Positions 54,664 through 64,000 of a stretch of DNA of 64,000 nucleotides are shown here, piece by piece. This DNA is from Octopus vulgaris (taxonomy: Eukaryota), in contig OX597828.1 of the NCBI GenBank assembly GCA_951406725.2, positions 5,208,001-5,272,000 on the forward strand, written 5' to 3'. A program made the position numbers and the translations under genes. Below the pieces are notes generated by a model, which saw only the letters and a program-made list of their open reading frames with translations, was not told where the DNA came from and made no database searches. Positions within the stretch are counted from its first letter, which is position 1, and the number at the start of each line of letters is the position of its first letter.

Positions 54664-54772
<109 letters not shown>

Positions 54773-55380
54773 CACAAAATATTGAATATAAATTCCAAAT
54801 CAAGTGTGGGTTTATCAGAAATAATACTTTTGATTTATGGATGTAGTTTATGGCAAAGAACAGTTTAATTAAAAGCTAATAAGTATATAAAGATAAGTTC
54901 TGATGATAAGTAACAATTTAAAGCGGCATACACGATTAAAGCTTCCTTTCATTATACGATGTCTTTCAGTAAATTTCCATTAATAAGAAATAAATGTGTT
55001 TATTTTAACAAAATAGGATTTCTTTTCTTTTAATAGACATCAAAAATATGCATACAGACATAAAAAGAAACACACTCACACATGCAAACACACATGAACT
55101 CATATAATTTTGTCTACAGTAATAGAAAAAGGAATATGAAACTAAAAGATTGATTCACCCAAATGGGAAATGATTTTCTCTTCTCAGACAAAGAGTATGT
55201 TCGAGATCGCCCGTTGCCATTCCTATGTACGTGTGACAGTGTTTCCACATTCTTGAACAGTACTCCTAAATTTCAGAGTACGTAGACAACTGCAATAGTT
55301 TAATGACTACTTTCTATACTTACCTAGTGGCATACGTCTCTTCTTAAATTACGTTCTCAATATATATATTTGAATATTAA

Positions 55381-55540
55381 AGCGGTGAGCTGGCAGAATC
55401 GTTAGCACGCCGTGCAAAATGCTTAGGGGCATTTCGTCATCTTTACGTTCTGAGTTCAAATACTGCCGAGGTCAATTTTACGTTTCATCCTTTCGGATTT
55501 TGATAAAATAAGTGCCAGTTGAGCAGTGGCGTCGATGTAA
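55381..55540 (+). mobile_element. SINE family A
   Basis: agcggtgagctggcagaatcgttagcacgccg...gagttcaaatactgccgaggtc. Confidence 0.85.
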
Positions 55541-56046
55541 AATTAAGGACCATTGATTTAGAATGAAATTTGTATTGCTGCTAGTTCGCCGCATGAAACT
55601 TGTAATGGAGTCACGAATTCCCGCTTTTCCTCGATAAGCAAAGTGTTTACTTATAACCATCTCATAAACATTTCATACGCCAATTATTAGTACTATTTTA
55701 TTCATGATAATATTTTGACTTACCTCAAATCGGACATCCCTTATGAGAATATTCTTTGATAACATTGCTGTATATCGCTTAGCACAAATTTGTCACATGA
55801 TTTCTAACTGAGATGTTCAACGTAGATATTGGCCTCGATACAATACTATTTTGTGTAAGAACTCAGCGCCTTATTGTTCCATACTTCATAGAGACAGTTG
55901 GTGCCACATACTTCTAAAATAGAAGTATTTACACAATCAATCAATCAACCAATCAATAAATCTATCAATCATTCAATCAACATATATATGTATGTATATA
56001 TATCAATTCGTTTTGCAAGATTCCTGATGCGAAATCGTGGGTTAAA

Positions 56047-56691
56047 ACATATATTGTTGTATTTTGGGATGGTCATTTTATTGTTTTGCCAAATAAACAC
56101 ACGCATTATGTAGTTTTTTCTTCACCCGTTTAGTACTATTCTTATTTTATTATTTTAACTCATGTCCATTAACCGGAAATCTTTCGTCACACATATGTGA
56201 CCTCTTCAGCGACACCTTTCGTTTTCCTGTGTGTTCTTACTCCATTTCCTCTATTCTTGTATTCTAAGATGTGCATCCTTATGTGTGCATACATTTGTGT
56301 CCTTGTGAGTGTATGTGTGTGTATGCTTCTGTGTGTGTGTGTGAGATAGTTTTTAGCAGCAGTGTGGCCTTGCCCTCAGCCCCATCCTCTAATCCCATTG
56401 TGCTGCTGCTGTCCTAGGATCCACGCTACTATCGTGGTAGTTGCTGTTGTTGCTATCGTTCTCACCACCGCTGCAGCAGTCTTTGTTTATTGAGTTATTG
56501 CCATTGTTATGGCCGTCCATGAAATTTCTTGAGTGCCTGTGGGTTCGCTTCGGACGTTGTATATATCCATGCCCTTTATACAGTTTCATTTATTTATTTT
56601 ATGTATCTCTATGTCTTACATTTATCATAGGTATGTGACAAATATATTTATATATTTATGTATCAATTATATATGTATATATTTATTTATC

Positions 56692-56740
<49 letters not shown>

Positions 56741-57978
56741 TTCATACATCTATCTATAATTTCCATAAGTACCCCAGGTAAGTGCATATATGTCTAATAA
56801 TATGTGTGTATTAACGTGTATGTTTCTGAGTGTTATTTTCAATATTTCTCCCTCTCTCCACTCATCCCTTGTGTCTTTAGTCATGTGCTGTGGTGGTGGA
56901 TGTTACTGCTCCATTCATTTTTTTCTATTGAGGCTCGGTCTATCTGCTGTTATGTGTGTCGCCTCTGTGATCTGTCTAAGTGTCGTGTCAGTTCTCTGTG
57001 TCGATAGTACTTTAATATCTCTGCTCTTAATCGGGCCTTCATAATCCCTGATCTGCAATACCTGTCCCACAGGTATTGTGGGATAGGTAATCCCTGTACA
57101 GTGTACAATTGTGTTGTGTGTATGATGAACCCATAGGTTAACATGGCTAGGAATGTAATGTATAGCTTACGATGTACTGAGGAATAATGCAGAAACATGA
57201 CAACTACCTACGTTGAAGAGACTGCACGCAGCATAGAAGGGCGTATAAGTGAAGATTGGCGAGAGGTCAAAGAAGGCAAAAAGCACGTCAGCACTCTAAC
57301 AACATTCTCAAGCAGAACATGAAGGCTCAATTACTAGCATAGAGGTTACAGTATTATCGACGCATAGAACTGGCACAACATTTAGACAGATCACAGAGGC
57401 TACACACATACCAGTAGACAGACCGCGCCTCAAAAGAAAACACGAATGGAACAGTAACACCAACCAGCATGCCAGATGACTAAAGACAGGGGATGAGAAG
57501 AGAAAGGGAAACATATCGTAAATTGCACACAGAAACATACAGAGTAAGATATACATAGTAGATATATATATATATATATATATATGCAATTACCTGTAAT
57601 AATTATGAGAAATAGAGATAGACGAACACAAAAAAATAAATAATTAAATAAAAATACTTTTATATAAGTAGATAAATAAATGAATATATGAATATATTTA
57701 TCACATACCTGTGATAAATAAAAGACATAGAGATACATAATAAAATAAATGAAGCTATATAAAGGTCATGGTTATGTACAGCTTAATGATACACATCCTA
57801 GAATAACAGTAAGTGGAGCAAGAACACAAACGAAAACTGCCGCTGAAGAGGTCACAGATGTGTGACAATGGATATGAGCTAAAATAATAAAATAAGAACA
57901 AATGTAAACAAAAGAAGAAAAAAGATATAGTGCGAGTGTTTATTTGGCAAAAAAAATTTGGCATCCCTAAATACAACT
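56047..57978. mobile_element. Penelope-like element: plus-strand GIY-YIG and 3' repeat (57050-57978) preceded by an inverted copy of the 3' repeat (56047-57045)
   Basis: NVMYS...TTYVEETARSIEGRISE GIY-YIG remnant. 56047-56280, 56570-56690 and 56860-57045 are reverse complements of 57790-57978, 57680-57770 and 57320-57500. Confidence 0.8.
56162..56215 (-). ncRNA. Hammerhead-like motif in the Penelope terminal repeat
   Basis: Minus strand GTGTCG-CTGAAGA-G-GTCACA(TATG)TGTGAC-GAAAG-ATTTCCGG-TTA-ATGGACAT. Core and stem II are perfect; stems I and III are imperfect. Confidence 0.55.
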
Positions 57979-58002
57979 ATATATATATATGTGTGTGTGT
58001 GT

Positions 58003-58053
<51 letters not shown>

Positions 58054-58469
58054 GAAACAGCTGTAAGTGATTTTAATGATTTTAACAATTTATATTAATG
58101 CTTTTTAAATAAGTACATTTATTCTTATCTTATATGTATTGAATTTTATACTGTGTATTTGTCATTATATTATTATGGTTATCGCTTTGTTAAATAAATA
58201 AGTCAACATTCTAATATCCTAAAGCTGATAAACCAACTAATGTGTTTCTCCATTTTCTTATTTGTAATATAAATTAATGGCATAATATTTCTTTACCTTC
58301 ACCCATTTAATGCAATAAGTAGGTTTATTGCATTGCAATTAAAAACACTTGTGTATCAATAATTTGTGTATTATACCAACAGTATAACGGATAAATATTA
58401 TCCCTTAGTGGGTTGGATCCACAAACCCTAACTTACTTGGTGTTTTATATATATATATATATATATATA

Positions 58470-58759
58470 TCACATGATCACGTGACCGACCAGGCTATCA
58501 GATGTTGCTACATATCGCTGGTCACAATGCGCTTCTCATATTTTTATAGCCTTCAAATAACGGCTAAGCGAGCAGGCCTACAGAAGAAAGAGTGAGAGAA
58601 AGTTGTGGTGAAAGAGTACAGCTGGGATCGCCACCCCCTGCTAGAGCCTAGTGGAGCTTTTAGGTGTTTTCGCTCAATAAACACTCACAACGCCCGGTCT
58701 GGGAATCGAAACCGCGATCCTACGACTGTGTGTGTGTGTGTGTGGGCCATTGCGCCTCC
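58470..58759 (-). mobile_element. tRNA-derived SINE, family D, with (CA)n in the head
   Basis: Minus strand GGAGGCGCAATGGCCC-(AC)n-AGTCGTAGGATCGCGGTTTCGATTCCC (B-box)...GTCGGTCACGTGATCATGTG tail. Confidence 0.85.
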
Positions 58760-59099
58760 ACACACACACACACTCACACACACACACACGCACGCACACG
58801 CACACACACACACACATATATATAAATTAATTTGCGCACCACAGAATATTCTTGGATTTTACAAAGGTAACAACACTCATTCGCTCAGCTATTTTTCTTT
58901 ATAGAAAGATATCTTTTACATGGTAATTTTAATGGAAATAGGAGTGAATTAAATAGGAATAAATATCAGCTGCATAATTACACAGTTTAATTGGAAATGT
59001 CAAACAAGAGAACTGAAAAGAGCATTTTGTCTTTGCCTCTTATTTTCTGAACGTGCATACATACAGATAAAATGTTGGTGTGTTACAATGTTTCTAATA

Positions 59100-59836
59100 T
59101 ACACAACAGTTACCGTGGAGAAAAGAGTCTCTTTTATGATGAAAGGAGTAAAAACATCGTAACTTCCCGAGGCTATGATGTTATCGCATATTCTCGAACG
59201 GTCGAATTTAGATCCTTAGCCTTCCTTCATGGGGAATATCAAAGTGAAATAATTTTAAGTAGATTCAAAGCAGTAAGCGTGAAGAAAAAGAAGTGGCAAC
59301 AACAATGGCTGGGTTGCGTTATTCGACTGCCTCGGGATAAATATAATAACACCAGCACAAAACAAGGATTAAGAATAAACGAACTTTAGGTTAGTTAAAA
59401 TACGTTGGTAACATATTTTAACTTCTAAAGTCAAATTCATTGCAGTTACAGTGGAGACAATTATTTCACCTATTGTAAGAGGTGTAAAGCCACCATAAAA
59501 GGGAAAAATAACCAGAAAGGCAATGAATTTACCTTTGGAATGTAAACTATGTCACAAACGTATTTTAAGAAACTTCAAATTCTTTTATTTCGTACCATTG
59601 CTTGGCGCTGATGGCATCAGAGTTATCCCAAACAGGCGGCCGAAGAGAGCAAATTCAGTCAGTGCTGTTACTGCTCTGATCGTATCCAGGGTTATCTCTC
59701 ATTCATATAATTAAAAAACCAGAAACGGCCGTCTGGGAATCGGATAAAGGGGAGGCAGTGGTTAAATATGTGTTTTTACACATACGTCAAAAACATTTTA
59801 ATTAACCTAAATTTCGTTTATTCCTAATCTTTGTCA
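59100..59836. repeat. Dispersed copy of the 37150-37800 repeat family, with direct and inverted units
   Basis: Shares cagttaccgtggagaaaa, tttaggttagttaaaata and aacttctaaag.caaa; 59780-59835 is inverted relative to 59360-59412. Confidence 0.7.
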
Positions 59837-59959
59837 CTAATGCTCTTATATTCAAATAAACACACATATGTATATACATACATAAATATATGTGTGTGCG
59901 TGTGCGTGTGTGTGTATTTGTGTGTGTGTGTGCATATTCATTATACATTTATGTGCATA

Positions 59960-60805
59960 GAGAGAATACATTCCATAAGTTTTGAAACTTATCTAGTAGA
60001 GACAGTATTTTCAAAGAAGTGCAAAACACAAAGTAATATTCTCTGAGTTCAATGCACTTGCTGAAGCGCTCCAGCCATTTCGTGAAGGCCCTGAGGGATT
60101 CTTCCAAATTGCAAGTCTCTTGGGCCCATCATTTTCCCAGTGTCTTCAAAACCACTTCCCCAGAAGTCGTTCGTCAGCTTGTGGAAGAAACAAAATATCA
60201 CAGGGAGCACGATTTTACTGTTAGGAGGATGAGTGACAGTTTTGATACACATCTGTTTCAGGTACTTTGTTACTAGGTTGGAGTTGTGGATTAGTTCATT
60301 GTCTTGGAGCAGGTACTACCGACCTGAGTAGAAGAGCTCTGATTTTTTGTGACGAAATCAATTTCTGGACTCACTGAAAACCTTCACAGAACACTATTTG
60401 TTGACCGTATGGCCAGAAGGAATTCAGTAGACGTGGATGATGCCCTTGGTGTTGAAAAAGAGGATCATTATGAGCTTCCTGATGGGCATACTCTTGGGCA
60501 TACTCTTGCCTGGCCTCTTGTGCCAGAGGAAAACAACAGATTTTCGTCTCATACAATTTAATCCATAAACAATTAGGAGTATTTCATAAACTTCTCTGGC
60601 ATTTTTCCCCAGTTTAACACAAGACTTTACTGCATAGCGAACTTCCAAATTGCCTTTACGTCCCGACTGCAGTCCGCTTATTAATCAGCAGTGAAAAGTA
60701 GTATTCATTAGATTGTTCAAAGTGGTTTACTAAAATTACAGTTACCTAGGACAGTTGTAAATGCATCAACTAAAAAAAGTTTCAAACCTTCTGGGATGCG
60801 CCATG
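59960..60805 (-). mobile_element. Internally deleted mariner element
   Basis: MEVRYAVKSCVKLGKNAREVYE...WHKR, KLIMILFFNTKGII and HPPNS...; imperfect TIRs (ttccataagttttgaaact / agtttcaaaccttctggga). Confidence 0.85.
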
Positions 60806-60829
60806 TATGTACTTACATACAAACATACA

Positions 60830-60894
<65 letters not shown>

Positions 60895-61507
60895 GTGCGT
60901 GTGTGTGTCAGGTTGGGTGTTTCTTCCATAATATATTTACTTGACAACTTTCTAGAGCTGGCTATCAATAATTTTATGCCGTTATGTTTATCAATAAAAG
61001 CGACAATGAAAATGTGAGCGAAAGAAAAGTTTCCTCTGAGTACGACCATTAACTTTTGCTACAACCATTTAATTTTGGGGGGCCCCGATATTTTGTGTTC
61101 CCTTTGCCAAAAGATATATAATTAACTATAGTAGCGTTCAATGTATTCCCATGCTGTCGAAGCTTTAAGGTAAGATATATGACATAGATTTTGGAACCCT
61201 TCCCCAGAGAATATAAAATGTTATCAACGAGTTGTTGCAGCTAGGTTTGTCAGTTTTACTCACTAAGATGACCAAGTTATTTGGAACCTAGATGATAAAA
61301 CGTCTCTAGTAAGGTAGTTGGTTTTCTTTTACCTTTATCTTAAATGATTTATCGTACTCGAGATGAAAAGCTACTGTTGGCAATATTTCAGCTGATTTAT
61401 TGCTTTGTTTTTTCTCTTTATTCTCCTGCTGAGAATTTATCTGCATATTGGCAACCTTTATGTATTCGTTTTCGAAGGCCATGTTGCGAGGTGTTTTGGC
61501 TGTAACT

Positions 61508-62113
61508 ATAAACATTATATATGTCAAATAATTAACGTATGTATGTTGTTTAAATGCTTTTAAGCTACAGCATTTTGTACGCAAAACGTCCCTTAAAGAC
61601 GTACAGTGTTAAAAAAATGTGTATACCTCAAAGGCGGACAAAACGAATGAGTCCTGGCGGTGAACGAGAACGGAAGATATCTTGCTTATTTTTTAGCTCA
61701 TCGGGGTTGTATATTCGAATCATCTTCGAAACGTATCAAATAGCTGTTTTAGGTGTAAATTCTGCTGATGTGACGCAGTATTTCACAAGTAAAATAAAAT
61801 ATGAGTTTCACATACTTAGCGTATGTGTGTTGCCTAGAGGCTTTTAGTCTGCGGTATTTCGTTCAACGAAAAATAACTTTAAAGACGAATGGTGTTAAAA
61901 CACATGCTATATCTCAAAACCAGGCGAGTCGAATGCATCCAGAGGTGAACCAGAACAACAGACATAAATATTTTGCTGTTATTTCAGTTTGAGGTATACT
62001 GTGTTTTATAACGCTTTATGTGTCCAAGGTACTTTCCTTGGACGAAATACCACGGACTAAAAGCGTTTAAACAACACACATACGTTAAGTATATGACATC
62101 GATAATGTTTATA
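61508..62113. mobile_element. Foldback/MITE-like element with ~125-bp terminal inverted repeats and an internal third copy
   Basis: tataaacattat..atgtca..ta.ttaacgtatgt.tgttgtttaaa.gctttta...gtatacctcaa at the left matches the reverse complement of 61989-62113. A direct copy lies at ~61805-61918. Confidence 0.7.
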
Positions 62114-62601
62114 TCATTAGAACTGCTTCTAGCTCAATCTTTGAATTTTATTTTACTTGTGTGGAGCTGTTGCACATCAGCGGACTGAATAAATTGACCT
62201 TTGTACTCCCGTGGATATTTTCCCTTATTCTTGAGTTCGAAATATCTACCAAAGAATAATTAGCATTTGCCTATTTTCCCCACTTTTTTATTTTAGCATA
62301 TTTTTGCATTTGATGCAGAATTTCTGCATCCTGCTATACTGTTTTTTTAATTCTGAATCGTTTCATTGCCGTCGTCACATTCTCTCTGTATTACTTTTTT
62401 ATAAGTGTTGCGCTTTATATGTTTTTTTCCCTTTTAACACGAAATTTCGTGCATGCTTTCCTATCTTTTTTATTGTATCTTACATTATTGTATTTTATCG
62501 CTGACGTTTTGCTATTACACCTAGACTGAGGTGACTGGATTGCATTCTTTTTCATTACCCCTATTCACACTCACACATACTTACATATGAATCTATAAAT
62601 G

Positions 62602-62638
<37 letters not shown>

Positions 62639-62667
62639 TGTGTGTGTGTGTGTGTATATATGTATGC

Positions 62668-62717
<50 letters not shown>

Positions 62718-63227
62718 CATTATATAAAAGGGCTTAGTAAAATAAATTACTTTGCCACATACTGAACTCATTAGAAATAGCAGCTAATTGTTGAAATTAT
62801 ATATATATATATATATATATATGCATCCATTTAATCATTTTTTATTTTCCTATATCTGTTCACTTATTCATCCATCTTTTGTTGTTTTCTGTCGCTTTTG
62901 TTTTATGTTTATTTTGCTTCATTTACTCTCGTCATTTAGCACCTGTATAATTCACTATACCACCCTCCCTCTAAATGATTGCTCATCCTACCATTGCAGC
63001 CGTATCAATGATAACTAGTCATATATGTTAAGGCTTATGTTGTTTTGGTAATACTGTGAATTTAAATGTTATAATTTATTCATTTAGTTATATCTAATCT
63101 CTGAATTCTAGCTCTAAATATCATTGTTAAGTGTCATGATATGAATCCTCATAACTAATTAGACAGATATCTACACTTTACATTTAAATCAATCAGATTT
63201 GGCCTAGCAGCCTTCGGTTTGTGTATG

Positions 63228-63495
63228 TCCAAACACCTCCCTTGGCATAGCGTCCAATATTATATAGTAGTAAGCGCCACCATTCCTAACGAAGTTGTTG
63301 GGTATCAAATTTATATACTCAATGTTAATTGTATTCACCCATTAGAAGTGAGGACATGACCAAAACATTATTTTGGCAAGCATCCAAAATGCAGTAGTAA
63401 TTGCACTAAGTCGGCCGCTGACCCTCACGAAGTTGTTGGATATGAAATTTCTATACTGAATATTTATACTATTCATCCATGATTAGGGAGAACAA
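63228..63495. repeat. Two diverged ~135-bp tandem units
   Basis: ccaaa.ca...ttggca.agc.tccaa...agtagtaa and acgaagttgttgg.tat.aaattt.tatact.aat each occur twice. Confidence 0.7.
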
Positions 63496-63803
63496 AAGCC
63501 TGAGGCCGGGGTCTAGAAACAGGCAACCTCGATCTGTATAAGTGCTACACTGAAGAAATTTCTTCCTCTTTCCTTCGTTTCTGTTCTTTTCTCTTTTCTT
63601 CTATTCCTTTCGTTTGACAATTGATTTGCTGAACTATAAAATCGCACTGCAACATCCGTTTACAATATTTTCAATCCAGCTGTCGAATGATTGATTAAAT
63701 TGAACCATGAACGTACACAAAATGCATATCAGAAACAGCTGTAAGTCTACAATGCCCAAACAAATGTATACAACCCATTATTTATGCGTATATATGTACA
63801 CGT

Positions 63804-63911
<108 letters not shown>

Positions 63912-64000
63912 GTGTGTGTGTTTACAAATACATTACATGTGAGCTTATCTTTACATACATGCAACCATTAACGAATGGTTTCTTTATGAAACAAGAGGAA

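Noticed and set aside
61113-61168. Candidate exon ending at AAG|GTAAGA
   Set aside because: Stops in all three frames from the best acceptor; no support for linking it to the 53-54 kb candidates.

Overview
AT-rich, microsatellite-saturated eukaryotic DNA. The tRNA-derived SINE families look like those of Octopus, which is my inference from recognising the repeats. Most ORFs in the track are (TA)n, (CA)n or trinucleotide artefacts. The window is a transposon graveyard: four SINE families, two RLE-type non-LTR retrotransposon families, an RTE LINE, several Penelope-like (GIY-YIG) relics, a full-length IR/DR Tc1 element, mariner, Tc1 and MULE fragments, a Gypsy LTR+gag fragment and a non-autonomous Helitron. 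Two weak candidate host exons lie near 53-54.6 kb. The most notable signal is a ~2 kb ORF1-only, L1/Tx1-like element with a 16-bp target-site duplication inserted next to the A-box of a SINE (29835-31822). A homologous 3' end joins another copy of the same SINE at the identical nucleotide (2293/2294), suggesting a SINE- or tRNA-targeting, site-specific non-autonomous retrotransposon. Second, there are at least six hammerhead-ribozyme-like motifs, including a near-perfect minimal type I hammerhead at 22911-22953 in a non-coding GC-rich island (retrozyme candidate). All alignments were made by eye, so boundaries of degraded elements are approximate.
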